A DNA stretch of 64,000 bases, taken from NCBI RefSeq assembly GCF_006345805.1, contig NW_021826031.1, positions 372,001-436,000 on the forward strand. The letters are read 5' to 3'. The stretch is from Octopus sinensis. Lineage: Eukaryota. The notes under the pieces are model-generated. The model was given only the letters and a program-made list of their open reading frames with translations, had not been told where the DNA came from and did no database searches. Positions within the stretch are counted from its first letter, which is position 1. Each line of letters opens with the position of its first letter. The position numbers and the translations under genes are program-made. This document shows, one piece after another, positions 11,400 through 25,694 of the stretch.

Positions 11400-13157
11400 T
11401 GCTAAACTCGATCCTCATAGATTCATTGCTTAGTAAGAATTTAATGATGACACTTCATTCAACCGGTCACAGATCCCACACCGCACTAGCTTAATTCCAA
11501 AGACTGATTTTTAAATTTTGACCTGATTCCTTTTGGCATGTTGATTTTTATGTTGAAAGAAATCCATACTTTGTCAACCAATGAACACTCAACCATCCCA
11601 GACTAATCGGAATACGGAAGAGAAAAAGGTAAATGAAGTTATAGGAAACTGTCATGGAAGACAAATAACACGTGAGAGCAAGGTTAACTAAGAAAACCAA
11701 AATTTTTGGGTACTTTTGTCGAAGTGGTCGCAGTTTTTTTAGAAGATAATTAAAATTAATTAATTTTTTTAGTGAAAAATAGATTATTTAATTTATAACC
11801 CTCTATCAATAATTTAAATGGTTATTAAAATTATTTAAAAATTTATTTAACCAATTTAGTCATTTTTAGTACGCGGCATCCAAATTCCAGGACTGTAGAA
11901 GGAATTTATGTCTTTTACAATCTGTGCAAAAGATTCCTTATAGTTCTGTATTTGTTTTCGCCACATAAATTCTGAAAAAATAACTAACTAAAAAAACCTG
12001 CGAAATAAGATCCCAGATGATGTCTTACAGCTCCTCTTTGAGCTTTATTCTTGCATTTTGCACTTCCCCACATTCGTTCTACTGTCTGGGTGTGCACTCC
12101 CGTCGTTGGATCCAAAAAAAAAAAATGCACTGCATCCTCCTTACTTATTGGAGCTGTCGGAATTTGATGTTGCATAAGTCCACAACAGAATTTTCCATGT
12201 GACCTATAGTGCCAGTTTATATCAATATTAGGTACATGCTCGCCATAATATTAAAAAAATTAGAAAATAAATTAGTAAAAATTTAATAATATTTTAAATT
12301 ATTGATAGAGCGACTTAAATAAAATATAATATTCCACCTCAAAAATTATTAGATTTTTTAAAAGGCCTAAAAAAACTGCGACCACTTCGACAAAAGTACC
12401 AATTTTTGTGACAGATTGATAGATTTGTGCCTGAAATGAGTAAACTCTGTTTGAGAGTTGGGTCAACGAAAGGGGAACAATATAATCGAAGGAAAAGGCC
12501 ATGCCTTCGAATCTGTAGAAAAAAATGAATAGAGAATCCCGACTTGGTAAAGCACGTAGTAAGGGGTTTAAGGCCTTTCGTTTTGGCTTGAAGAACGGTG
12601 ATGACTGTTCTAGAAAGCCATAGATTTAGGCAGCTCGGAATCCTACGAAGCATGTCGTAGGTTGGTGATTTTTCTGTTTTCGAAGCTAGTTAACTTATTC
12701 TAAGCATGAGGGGGAAAATAAAAGATCTCATTTAACTCCAGAAAGTAGTCGGTGAGGGTTTGTTCCATGCATCTATTGATAATTTGAACTACGTTGGAAA
12801 GGTATAATAAAATAAGTTTTTTTGAATTTCTTTGACTGTCCATAGAAGTACCCAAAAGCGCTCAAAAAGCGTTCAGATTGTTTTGTTTAAAAACAAATTG
12901 TTTCACTTAAGGACAGAAAACAAACACAGGTCAAAATCGAAAACCGGAAGCTACGACCTAATAGGAGTCGTTTTCCATGGATATATCTGGACCGATTTTG
13001 AATTGACGGCAATCGATGTTTTGAGTGTAAGATTGCAGTCATTAATGAAAAAACTTAATGATATAACTTTATTCCTGAACGAAATTTCTAGGCAACCAAC
13101 ATAAGAAGGCAGAGAAGAGCATTTGTAGGACGAGAGAGTCCTAAGTTTCAGTGCCAT
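11400..13157 (-). pseudogene. TUBGCP2 (gamma-tubulin complex component 2)-like decayed copy
   Basis: The minus strand encodes GMAFSFDYIVPLSL..NR (GCP2: EAFSFDYIVKWPLSLIINR), then YQ, and across the Merlin insertion VECSL..KVWIS (GCP2: VERQLCSVWIS). Stops and deletions are present; outer boundaries are uncertain. Confidence 0.55.
11709..12400 (-). mobile_element. Internally deleted Merlin (IS1595/IS1016-like) DNA transposon
   Basis: About 33-bp TIRs beginning ggtacttttgtcgaagtggtcgcag and an 8-bp TSD aatttttg (11701-11708, 12401-12408). Transposase C-terminal remnant FLDPTTGVHTQTVERMWGSAK..HLGSYF at 11984-12175. Confidence 0.9.
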
Positions 13158-13380
13158 TTAATAAATCTCCATGTTTTGTTATTAAACAAAACATGTTTGA
13201 TCCGGTTTGTGGACATTTAATGGCATATATGTACACCGAAATTTGAGAACTAGTAAATATAAATTGGCGATAAATAGGCCACCCCAGCATTTTTTCATTT
13301 CCACGTCAATCTTTGTGGCATTATTAAATAGTTTAAATGTTAATAAAAGTTGTAAACTAAATCGTTTTAGTCTGATTAAG

Positions 13381-16300
13381 TCACTCTTGGATAATCCCCA
13401 ACGAGTATAAAACTTGCTTTTCTTCTTCTAAGAATTTATTGTATTCCAGCTTCATCCTAGCTTCAATCTCCTCTTTACTAAGAACAACGAAGGGGCCATC
13501 TACATTATTCAAGTCTAATAAAATTCACCCCGGCCTGTTTTTTTTTTCCTCATGCTCTTTTTGCTTTTCATCCTCCCTGATGTCGTATCTTCTTTTTACA
13601 AAGATTCGTCTTTTTATTTCTCGGTCAATGTAATTTTTAAATTGATTTAACTATTTTAACAACAAAACAAAACCTCGTTTGAGTGTGGAATACATAGACC
13701 GGTAGGAATCTTGATTATATGCAGAGTGGCCTGTTCATCCCCAACTGCCATCAAATGCTGTTTTTCTGGGAAAATTACATAAAAAGAGAACTATTAGCAG
13801 TCGTGATGTTTATCGATGTTATGTTAGACAGTGATATACTCTGAGAAGCAGTGGGCTCGTGAGACTTGTCCAGCAAATCCCAAATGTCGATGGAGCCATC
13901 ATCACGTCCGATATAAAATACTGCGGGCCTGGAAGGCGACCATTCGGCTGATGTGAGTCGTCGGCTAAACTTTTTGCTCTTTATAAGAGGTCCCAACTGT
14001 GGTTAGAAATATCAGATACATGAAAGTTTTCCTTCCAAAGAGAAAAGTTCCAGCCTCCGACACACAGAAGCAAGTCTCTCAAAAATGGAGATCTGACTAA
14101 GGCAGTGACCGGACCGTAGTGCTCTTGTGCCGTGAATTCAGGTTTCGGAGCTATACTTTTACTCAACAAATTATCACTTTCAATTTTCCCGACTCAAAAT
14201 CCTTTTCTGGAATCCAATTTAAATAAATAAGTTCCCCGTCCTATAAGATTAGGACAGCTCGTAAAACATCTGCTCCAACATAAAACATGGTAGCAATTGA
14301 GTTCAAAACTATTTTGTCTGATGTGTATAATTTTTGTGAACATTCCTGCACTGTTAATGGGGGATTCTGGGGTTTTCTGTGATTTTCTACAAAGTCTTTA
14401 AAGATCATAAACACCCATATTTGTGCATTCGTGGATCGAGAATTTGACTGGATAGTAGAATTTCCCATTCTCCTTGTGATGAGTCGTTACCTCAATTTAC
14501 TTAATTATCATTCGATACTTTAAGAAAAGGCTTCCATATCAAATTGAGATAGTCGAAAGTATTCGTTCTGGCAGGAGAATCCACCTTCTCCCGCTCCCAT
14601 TGATGTAGTCGATAGTTACGAATGTCGAATAAGAATAATGTGCTAATCTAAGTCATAATATCCCCACCTATCAAGTCCACATGACATTATTTGTGATGAA
14701 AAATTCATTGAATTCTCCATTGGTTCACCATTTTTGCTAATCTGAAAATTATATTTTACAAAACATCACTTCAAAATGACTTGGAATCCAAATCATGTCC
14801 GTGACCGCACATGTATGGGACGAGCCAATGGCTGTGGAAGAAAAGCAGTCAACACACGGAGTTGTAAAAGCTGAATCATTGTCATGACACACTGCAGTCT
14901 GAATTGGATATTTTTAAATTTTTTACGAATGCGTCAACAGGTTTTTGAGTGGCTGCCTGTGGTTGTAGTACATGAGAATATTCTGAAATGTCCCATATGA
15001 CGATTGTCCCGTTCATACACCCAGCGGCCACATAATTGGGATTTGAAGGGTTAAAGTCAAAGACTGTCACGTCGTTGGGTGCTTCAAGTATCAACTGAGA
15101 AATGTCTGAATCACGTTTACTTGAGGATTTATTGGGTCAGAAAAACACCAAAACAAAATAAGGGATTTTTCTACCAAAAGTTTGTGTTCATTGTTTATTT
15201 TGTAGTCGAAAGTGTTTCCATGAATCAAAGAAACCGCGATGACGCCTGAAATGCTGAAGTGAACGAAACCTGAGTAAAGCGGGTGCCACCTAATGCAACT
15301 GACAATTTGTGCTCTCGTGGATTTGAGGTCAGAAAATGATTGATACTCCTAAATGAATTATTATATAAGAAAGACTCGCAGATGGATATCCAGCTTGTTG
15401 TCAAAGGTCTTACCTACGTCTCCAAGAGACCACCATTCGTCTTTAAATATGTCGAATAATTCATTTTGCTGTAAAGAACAAAACAGTCTAAGATAACAGA
15501 AAAGTCAAAATTTACTCTTTCTCTTTAGAACGTACAGTTTGACTAAATTCTTCAGTTTCCTGGATGATTTCTTTTTCTGAGATCTCGAATTCTCGGGATT
15601 TATATTCTGTAGCTTTGTTGAGGGGATATTTCCACTCTACTTGACTTGTCCCGTCCAACTTTGTGTTGATTGTCTGCCTTTTTAAAACATCAATTCACAA
15701 ACATTAGTTCCTCTATGAAAAAGTGGGATTTTTATAGAAAAATCATCACATTTTGAAGACTTTATATTAATCAGCCCGTCCCTCGCTTTCTCGACATCTC
15801 TGTCTTGGAATTGCCGATTCTCGTTGAGCAGTTTATTTGAACAAGAAATTAAGACTGTAATCTAAAATACACCTCATTGATGGCAACTGGCTTTGAATAT
15901 TGTCTTATGTTTTCTTCCTCGATCTCCTTCTCACTTCCGTATGAAAGCCATCTTTTAGATACTGGAGGAATGTACACCAAGGAATTTCTTCTGAACTCTC
16001 CTCAGAAAGTACATTTTCAGTCTGGCGACTCAATCAATTGGACCAACCCCATCCGTGAGTGTGTTTGCTGCCTCGAGTGTGGTTGCCATATAAAAGTTAT
16101 TTCCATATTAAAGTTAAAGTCATAGCAAATGAGGATTTCGTCCTCCGGATAATTAACAATGACGTCTTTGAAAGGTTTAAAGTCGGAGACCGCAGCTCGG
16201 TTAAAAATGTCTTTCATAATTTCCTCTTTTTTAATTTTTTTCATCCAGTTTGTTGATGTAACGTCTTCTTCGACACGTAGATTGAATATGGCCTGAGTGC

Positions 16301-16450
16301 TTGATGTCAGTAATAGCGAAATGATTCCATCGGGGACTGAATTGTAAATTATATCCTTTAACCTGGTTTCTCAATGTCAATTGATAAAGCATTTTTCTTA
16401 CTTTGTCTTGATGCTCTTGTTTTTTTTACGTTTAATGTGAATGAATTTCC
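13381..16450 (-). CDS. DNAI3: Axonemal dynein intermediate chain WDR63/DNAI3 (IC140), many short introns
   Basis: Exons PDGIISLLLTSSTQAIFNLRVEEDV, DIHLREYQSFSDL, SLILFWCFSDPINPQLILEAPND..FNPSNPNYVAAGCMNG, HYGPV..RSPF..LCVGGW and WSPSRPAVFYIGRDDGSIDIWDLL match WDR63 in order. The start is approximate. Confidence 0.85.
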
Positions 16451-16880
16451 TCGACTCTTAAATAAATTGGTTATCTTAAACTAACAGATTTTTTGCTTGC
16501 AAAAGACATGTTTAGTTAATATTTCCATGGATTTTGGAAATTATATTCTGGATACTTTATATTTATAGGTAGAAGAGCATAAAAAATTAATAAAATAATT
16601 TTATTAATTATAAAATCGCCGAGCGTATTGGTCAGTTGAATATGACCTTATTTTCCTCCGGAATATGTAACAAAAATACTTGTATGTAAAATCCATTTAT
16701 TCACAGTATTAAATAAAAATACCATGTTAGTTATTGAATATTAAATTATTACTTAATACGAAAAAGTAATGAATCTTTCTTAGTGAATGGGGGAACTATA
16801 AAGTTCAAAGAAACAAGTCACTTTCTTAATTAAAAGAATAATCTTTATCATCAAATAATAATCAGGATATTAACATACAT

Positions 16881-19540
16881 TTAATCTCTCCAATCGTATT
16901 TGAAGCATTGGTGTATTCTTTTGAAAAATATTCCAAATTTCGCATGTAATTTTCAATTCCACCAGCAAGATCGTTTATCGAACCGGCGACAATACTTTCA
17001 ACAACTCTATAACACATAATTCGACAAATTTATACTGTAGAGCTTGCAGTTCTTGCTTTTGCAGGGTTTTAATCGTTTCAAGAAGCATTCCATGTTCATT
17101 ACAAATCAATTCGTCAACAAAATCAGCCTTTATCTCATTTTCTCGATCGAACTCATTGTGAGAAAAAACATCTTCCACATCATAGGACTCTTTTGAATGT
17201 AATTCGCTTAAATTATCAACATTCACTTGTTCGAGTCGAGATATTACAGAAAGATATTCAGAATTTTGAAGATTTATAAAATATAGATTTTTTTCAAGTT
17301 CAGCGTTACGGAATTTTAATAAATCCAGTTCTTCATCTTGCAGTACAATTCGTCATTTGTACATTTCAGTTGATGGCATTGGAACATTGTGGTGCTGAGA
17401 TTTTCCTCAGTCAAATGTAACTGTGCCTTGATGGTGTCATTTTCTTCCCGTAAGAACCAGACATCACGGTGGACTTGAGCTTGCTGTTGGTTAACTGCCT
17501 TTAAATGAGATTCCAAAACCATATTTTGCTGTTGTAGAGAATTAACACGCTCACTAATCTCATCCTTCTCAGTATTTAAACGGCTGTTCAACTCATTAAT
17601 TGATTTTCTATCTAATTCGAGCTTGTGAAGCAATTCTTTGTACTGAGTGTTCTCACTCTCAAGTTCATCCACTTTAAACGAGAGAGTCTCTTTAGCTTTG
17701 TGCGTCCACAATATCTCCACCTGTAAAGAATCGTTCAAATTGCTCAATTGATCAATCTCGACTCTTTCTTGGCTTAGTTTACAGAAATTTGTATGCAACT
17801 CTGCAAATTCCTGTTTGAGTGTTTGAATTTCATTTTGTAATTGTGTCGTAAACTGACTATTTTCCACTTGTGATCTGAGATAGTCAGCTTTCGTTATTTC
17901 TAAAATCTGTTTGAGATCATTTCGTTCCAATATAAGTTTTTTCGCCTTTTCAAATTCCTCGGCCTGAAATCTCTTTAGTTGAGCTCTAACAGAGTCCCTT
18001 TCTTCATGGAGATTGCTTATTATCGCTCCAGTATCAGTCCTAAGTTGTTCCAGGCGACTTATCTCCTCCCCAGCTTTAATTTTGTCATTTTCTAAGCCTT
18101 GTACAACCTTCTTTAACATTTCCATCTCTGTGTTTAATGTTTGAACTTTTTTCGACAAGTCATTTTTGATTTGATTGCATTTCCAGCTCAGCTGTTTGTT
18201 TTCCTCGTTCAATAGCCCCAAAGTCTGTTGATCGTTTTCTCTTTTGGACTGCAAATGTCCAAACTGGGCTTCTAATGAGTAGTATGCGTTCTCCCAATCA
18301 GAATTTCTGCTATTGATTTGTTCAAAATTGTCTCTCTCCTTGGTTATTTTGTTCATTAATTCGTTAATTGTGACATTCTGGGAGGACAAGGTCAAATTTT
18401 GAGCAGCCAGAGAATCATTTTGATCTCTTAATTTGGAATTCGTTGTTTTTTCAAGTTCGAAATTTTTTAGCAACTGTTCCTTGGCACTTTGGCAACTTTC
18501 CAATTTACAAGTTAACTGCTTCTGAAAATCCATTTGAGACTGCATTTGATTCACGAGGCACGTTTTTTGTTCGTTTATTTGATTAACTTCACTTTGTAAG
18601 CGATGGACAGTCATTTCAAGGTTAGTATAGTCTATTTGGCGTTCTTTAATAACTTTATTAAGATTGGTCCGCTCTTTGTCAAGTTCAGCAACTTTTTGAT
18701 CGCAAAGATTTTTCTGATCTTTTAAATCAAAAAATTGACTTTCCAGGATTAAAAATTGTTTGATAGTGAATCAAAATCTGAAGTTTTTTGAGTCAAGTTT
18801 AGGGCGACAGTCTCCCTTGATTTATTTATTTCATCCAATTCAGACTGCAGTGTGTCAACAAGTCGAGATTTTTCTATACATTTTGTCAATTCAGCCTCAA
18901 GCTTGGCAATTTTGTCTTCATTTTCCTTATCTTTTTGCTTCATTTGATCATTGATTTTTACAAGAGAAACATTCTCAACACTCTTTTGGTCTCTCTCTGC
19001 CACTAAAACACCGATTTGGTTTAATTTATTGGAAATAGGTTCATAAAAATCTCCTTGTAATTGAGCAGTGTCCTTTTTGTCACACAAACTAATGCCAAAT
19101 AAACAGGACCACCAAACCCTATCGCTTCTCAGGCCAAGGGCATCAATCTTGCCACTAAGAACACACATTTGTGATTTGAATCGATTGTTTGAATTTTCCA
19201 AATAATTATTTTGAAGGGAAAAGTTTCCAAGTTGAGTTCGAAGTTGTTCGATTTGGGCTTGTTGGTTATTTATGGTAAAGTTTAAACGCCCGATAGTGTC
19301 GCCCAATATGGTTTTGGAATTCATCGCAGAATGGAGCTGAAAAATAATTTTTAGTTATACTTCAAAATATATTTCGGCAATTTTAGATTTAAGGGCGTGA
19401 ATTGTTTCGTCTCGAGTTTCCACTTGTGCGGATTTAGCAGATAATTCTCCTTCTAGACTGAATTTACTGATTAAACGAATAGCTCAACCGAAATAGCTTT
19501 TGGAACATTTCTGATTGATTGTCGAGAACCGACATTGGAA
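16881..19540 (-). CDS. Long coiled-coil protein of unknown family, multi-exon
   Basis: Consecutive E/Q/K/L-rich heptad ORFs of 191, 432 and 83 aa on the minus strand, separated by short introns. Confidence 0.65.
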
Positions 19541-20386
19541 ATGTTAATTTACCACTAAATCAAATATTAAATTGAATAATTTTAAATTAATGTCGCTATT
19601 TTGTTTAAAATGGACAAATATTTTATAAATGGAGTATTTTTATTCAGGATTTCTGTAAACAGAGTCGACTTAAATCAATTAGTTTAATAGATAAAGAATA
19701 TTTGAATAACGAATGGTTTTTAAGATTGGCTTGTCTACGAATTTTTGTTTAAACTGTAAATTGTATTTTTCGGATTTAAAAAATCATCTAATCAGTCAAA
19801 ACATGGTCCAACGATTATATTTTCAGATTATGTTTAGGGGTGATTCATAACGCATTGATTTGCAGTTGTAGTCCACCAAAAACTACAAATAAAATACCCC
19901 GCCCGACCTTATATGAGAGGGAGACGTCCGGTGGCAAGAATACTGTTTCTATCAAGAAACAGATTCACGACCCGAGAAAACTATGTTAAATCTGCTTGTT
20001 TCCGAATGTTGGGAAAACTCTCCAGAATGCTCAAAGTGAAAGTCGATTCTTCATTTGTGTTTCAATCGTCGTGTTGTCCAATTGGTGTGCGAGTTCACTA
20101 AAGAAACGGGCTAAGGACCCTCTTTTGGCCCAAAGGGAAAACTGATCTGCTATTACGCCTTCATGATGGCTAATGCGAGCATAAAAACAAAACCTTTTGC
20201 ACAAAAATAGCGGAATTTGAAATATTTAATTTGAACTAATTTATTTTTAATGAATTTCATAAATCTATATTGGGGTCGAAATCTAATTTTTGTTAGTTGA
20301 AAATGAACAAATCATTGAAAATTAAAATTGCTTAAAAAATTTTGAAAAATATTCAGCCAGTTTTTTAATTGAAAATGTCAAAATTT

Positions 20387-20491
20387 CACGATCCTCAGGA
20401 GGTGGACTGGTCATTGCAACGGTTCTCAATCGCCGTTATCCGGGGAAACAGTTTGGCAATCCGCCAGGCTGCTGCCCTTCCCTTCGATTAA
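20387..20491 (+). mobile_element. ~105-bp extreme 5'-truncated CRE copy, close to the intact element's family
   Basis: Shares ccggggaaacagtttggcaatccgccaggct (31 nt, identical) and flanking similarity with the 3' end of ORF 53878-56799. Confidence 0.8.
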
Positions 20492-21769
20492 TCGATATTA
20501 ATTGATAACGAATCTTTCATTTCAGCCAGTTATTATTTTCGAAATAATATTACATTTTTTCGGAGTATTGAGATCATTTTGAGTCTTAAATCATTCATTT
20601 TAATTTAAAAATATTTCGGGTTTCAAAGATTTTTTGCTTTTTATGTGACTTACACTATACTATTTTTGCCGAATAATTTTCAGTCTTTTTAAAAATGGAA
20701 TCCAATCTTATATCTAAACTTTAGCCCTATGTTTGAATAGCTAAACTACCTATTTTATTTTTATGGATTATAAAAATTTTTTGATATGACTCACGATTGA
20801 AATTTTTTGTTGAATAAAATCGTTAACATCAAAAATTTCGACATGTAGTATCCAATAAACTTTACAGACAATTCTTGCAGTTGATTTTTTTATTAAGGGT
20901 ATGAATTTAGGCTATTTTTATTTTTGGGTCAATGGCCTGATTAAAATTCAAATTATCTATCCTGAATAGAAATGAACTCAGCTTGAATATCGAAAGTGTT
21001 ATTTTAATCCAGAAAAAATGTTAGATTAAAGAATAGGAATCCCGACTATCACAGACTTTTATCAAAAAACATGTAATCCATGTCCGTTTTGCAGCGAGCA
21101 CAGTCCGTGGCCATTCTCGTCAAAGACTCTAAATCGTCATATTGTTCTTTAATGACTTCGGAAAGAAAATTTTCGAACTAAACTCATTATTAACAATCCA
21201 ACGTCGGTGTCCTTTTTTTCTGCAGCAAGTGAACAAAAATACTCTATTTTTTCCGTAATTTGTTTTTCAGTATTTAATGCAAAACGAATTATTTCGTCGG
21301 TTTTTGTCGAATTTACGTGCATGGGCTTTTCTAAGTTATGAATAATACTTCGATTGGTGTATAAATGACGTTTCCTCCTCGTCTTTGTTGGTATTGAATG
21401 AATTTTCTGGCATGTGACAATTCCTCGTCTGCCATTTTGTCGAAGAACTTTGCCAGTTTAGGAAGATTTACAGTTGTTTGACTAAAATGAGTGGCCTAAA
21501 TTTTTTATAATAAAAGATTCTACTATGTTCAAGTAAGTGTAAAAAGCTCTTAGTTCATAATTAATTTGAATGTTTATCTGGTCCTCAATTTCAGAAGAGA
21601 AATTAAATTTTCCATCAATTGGACTGCTCATTGGCGGTGCACTAGTAGAAAATGTGTTAATGTAAAACTATTGCGTCTATCATAAAATGGTTATCCATTA
21701 TCAAACAAAATTATTTTTCGTAAAATTAATAACTTTATTTTAAAGTTCTAATATTTCATTTTCAAAATT

Positions 21770-22620
21770 ACTATTCTACCACTCGGAGGATTTTTTATGG
21801 AGCGACTGGTTAACATATTTTGGGGTAGGACATTCCAAGGTAATTCAGGAGGCCATTATCCGATACATTTAACGTGCTCAAAAGTCTTTGCCGAGAAGCC
21901 GAATTCTTTTTAGATTTATCTTTAACTTCATTTTCATTCCACGAGGGAATAACAGGCTTAAATGAAATTGGTTCCTCCGGGAAATCAACATAATGCGGGA
22001 CTGCTGAATGACGCATCCAATTCTCTGAGTCGTCGTGTAGACTCCGAAAATGACTTTTTACTATTTTCTCCACAGGAGAAATGTCGGTAAAATCCATTTT
22101 GGCGGGAACAGTCAATTTTTGGTTGATTTGAGTTTTGTTTGGAGTAACAGTTTTTTGGAAATTTTCCATTTTGACAGACGGGATGTGTGGTTTTGTGGAC
22201 CAAATTCTCCTTCATTGTCTCTCCAGTGTTATTTTGAGCATTTTTTGCTCCTTCTGACTTGACGGCACGAATTTGGTGAATGTTTTGAGGTCTATTAGGA
22301 GGGTCGAGATATCCAGTAAGGTAGTTACTGATCGTACTGTCGTAAATCCTCCCGCTCTTTTGGATAATTGGTTTGAAAGTTGCATTCGATTGTTTTTGAT
22401 CAAGTCTGTTTATGTGAGGAATTTCAATGCATCTTTTTTCTATTGCTATTTCACGAGGTTTTAGCACATTTTGCGATTTTATTTTCTTGTTTTTAGGAAT
22501 CTTTTCGAAGATTTTTGTACCTGGAAAGTGTTTATTTGGTTGTTCTATAATGCATCGTGGATTGCTTCGATAGGATAAATTGGATAAATCTAAGGGCGGA
22601 ACAAATACCTTTGGTTTCAT
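21770..22620 (-). CDS. Lineage-specific protein, copy 1; frameshifted relative to copy 2
   Basis: ORFs 21985-22620 and 21810-22169 together match the single ORF 29967-30812. The differences are 1-bp homopolymer indels, so this may be a pseudogene or a consensus error. Confidence 0.5.
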
Positions 22621-22977
22621 AACACTCGTTTCCTTGGTTTTTTAATTTTTCTTCATTTTAAAATTAGCAATTTAAACCATTTATTATAAACAAAAAATAT
22701 CGTTTATTTTTCGAAAGATTAAGTGATCATTGCCTTTTGTTGCGGCTGTAGACATCGGCACTTTGTGGACGACGTCACGGTCAGGAATGGTATATGCTTC
22801 CGACTCGGTGACTCACTGTAGGCTGTGTAGGAGAATCAGGAATGAACTGAGTTAAGTGAAAGAAGTCGTATTAGGATTCGGAAATTTTCATTTTGTTTGA
22901 AACTTTTTCAGTCTTTTCAATACGCTGGATTGATGAGAGTAGGGAGTTATTTTATTTAAGGTTGGAAATTACTATTA

Positions 22978-25694
22978 CAGTGAAAACTCTCGAATCCGCC
23001 GCTTCTCGAATCCGCTTGTTTTAATCAAAAATTTGAAATTTCCTATGAATGATTCTTGAATCCGCTTGTTTCTCGAATCCGCTCCTCAAGTATTATGAAA
23101 AATAATTTTTTTATCTAATTGTAAGTTAAATTAATTAACATTTTAAAATTCTCATTACACGTAAATTGTATTTTTGTGATGCGTCGCTGTGTTAGACTTT
23201 CTATCAACGAAAAAATTTCGGTACTTTTGTCGAAGTGGTCGCAGTTTTTTTAGAAGATAATTAAAATTAATTAATTTTTTTAGTGAAAAATAGATTATTT
23301 AATTTATAACCCTCTATCAATATTTAAAGGTTATTAAAATTATTTAAAAATTATTTAACCAATTTAGTCATTTTAGTACGCGGCATCCAAATTCCAGGAC
23401 GTAGAAGAATTTATTTCTTTTACAATCTGTGCAAAACATTCCTTATAGTTCTGTATTTGTTTTCGCCACATAAATTCTGAAAAAATAACGGTACTTTTGT
23501 CGAAGTGGTCGCAGTTTTTTTAGAAGATAATTAAAATTAATTAATTTTTTTAGTGAAAAATAATTATTTAATTTATAACCCTTATCATAATTTAAATGGT
23601 TATTAAAATTATTTAAAAATTTATTTAACCAATTTAGTCATTTTAGTACGCGGCATCCAAATTCCAGACTGTAGAAGGAATTTATGTCTTTTACAATCTG
23701 TGCAAAACATTCCTTATAGTTCTGTATTTGTTTTCGCCACATAAATTCTGAAAAAATAACGGTACTTTTGTCGAAGTGGTCGCAGTTTTTTTAGAAGATA
23801 ATAAAAATTAATTAATTTTTTTAGTGAAAAATAGATTATTTAATTTATAACCCTCTATCAATAATTTAAATGGTTATTAAAATTATTTAAAAATTTATTA
23901 AACCATTTAGTCATTTTTAGTACGCGGCATCCAAATTCCAGGACTGTAGAAGGAATTTATTTTCAAAATTATTAGATTTTTTAAAAGGCCTAAAAAAAAC
24001 TGCGACCACTTCGACAAAAGTACCAAATTTCTATACTACGTTATATTTCTGAAAACCCATTCGTTTCTGCACCTCAAATTTCCAGGATTTTTTCTTCACG
24101 GTTAAAAAAGAAAATTTCTCCGAGAACTATAAACGACCTTAAATCAAAAACGGACCTTTTGAATAGGACTGACATCAAAAATTAAACCTAACGAGAATTC
24201 CAAACTCAAATTTAATGAAATTGATGTAGCGATGATAACATGGATTAACTTAATGGAATCTAGTGGAGCAATTCTATCAGATTCGATGTTAATTGCAAAA
24301 GCTCTTAAGTTTGGAAAAATTTTCCAGAATTTAAAGCAAGTCGTGGGTGTCTAGAAAAGTTTAAATTACGAAATGGTATCAAGTTAAGAAATTTCACGGA
24401 GACAGTGGATCAGTAAATCATGATGAAAAATCTATTACTGATTTTAATGAACAATGAGTTTAAAAATTGAACAATATGGATTGGACAATGTTTATAATGC
24501 AGATGAAACTGGTGTTTTTTACAAGGCGATTCCTTCCAAAAGTGTATGTACCAAATCACGGCCTGGAATAAAGTTGTCGAAGGATCGATTTTCGTTACTA
24601 TTATGCGCAATTGTTCTGGTTCCGATAAAAGAAGCCTGTGATGATAGGAAGATTCAAAAGTCCAAGGTGTTTTAAGAATTTCAACATTGGAAAATATGTT
24701 ACCTACACCCATTCAAATAAGGCATGGATGAGCCGTGAAATTTTTAACAAGTGGCTCAGTGATTTTGATTGTGAACTTGCGAAGAAAAAAAGAAAAATTC
24801 TACTTGTAATAGATCAATGTTCATCTCATCAAATTATTGTCACGTTAAACTCAATTGAAATTCTTTTTTTGCCTTCTAGAACATCCTCGCTCTTGCAACC
24901 AATGGATCAAGGAATCATAAAATGCTTTAAAGCCGAATTTACCAATTTGAAAATAAATGATATAATCGAAAAGGTTGAGGCAGGGAAAAATTGTCAGAAT
25001 GCAATTAATGGAATCACCCTTAAAACTGCTGCGACATTAACATTCTTCGCTTGGAATAAAGTTACTCCTACGACCATCAAAAATTGTTTCCGTCATGCAC
25101 AATGGATAAAATGTGAAACAATCACAATCAACAGTGAATCTAAGAACTACGAAAATAATTATGAAGAAATAATTAAGAAATTTCAAATTGACGATCCAAT
25201 ATCTTATAGTGAATTTGTTGATTACGGATATACTGAAAATGAAGAGCTAATCGAATTTTTAGACAAATCTGAACAAGCTGGTACATTACAGTCAAAAAAA
25301 AGTTCAATCAGTTAGTGATTTTATTTAATAATTATAGTTAGGAAACAATTATTCAAGAGGAATCAAATGCGAAAAAAGTTGATCTCTCAGAAGCCTTCAG
25401 AGCTCTAGAGATTATTAAATTAAAACTTATGCTTCTCAGGTAAATGCAGATATAGATGATCATGAAAATATTATGCGAATTGGGGAAATGTTAAGAAAAT
25501 CAATTAAAAAAATAAAATTTCTGATTTTTTTGAATATAAATAATTTTATGTATTCAGTCATTTGTATATAAAAAGAAATACTTAATCTATATTGTAAGTT
25601 CATGTTTCAACTATAAAATATTATTTAAATTGCCTCTCGAATCCGCCGATTTTTTGGTCGGTCCCAAAATCGGCGGATTCGAGAGGTTTTACTG
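22978..25694 (+). mobile_element. pogo/Tigger DNA transposon 1 (CENP-B HTH plus DDE_1), defective
   Basis: About 24-bp TIRs (cagtgaaaactctcgaatccgccg and cggcggattcgagaggttttactg) with a TA TSD. The empty site is visible in duplication copy 2 (ttactatta/atttc near 31168). Transposase motifs RLSINEK, FKASRG, VYNADETGVFYK and LQPMDQGII. Confidence 0.95.
23220..24024. mobile_element. Merlin element with three tandem ~270-bp left arms, nested in pogo 1
   Basis: The TIR starts at 23220, 23490 and 23761; a single right TIR ends at 24024. aaatttc flanks both sides (7 of 8 bp TSD). It splits the transposase HTH (RLSINEKI/SILRY). Confidence 0.9.

Noticed and set aside
23220-23960. CRISPR-like regularly spaced repeats
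   Set aside because: The whole ~270-bp units are repeated with no unique spacers. They are Merlin arms, and the genome is eukaryotic.
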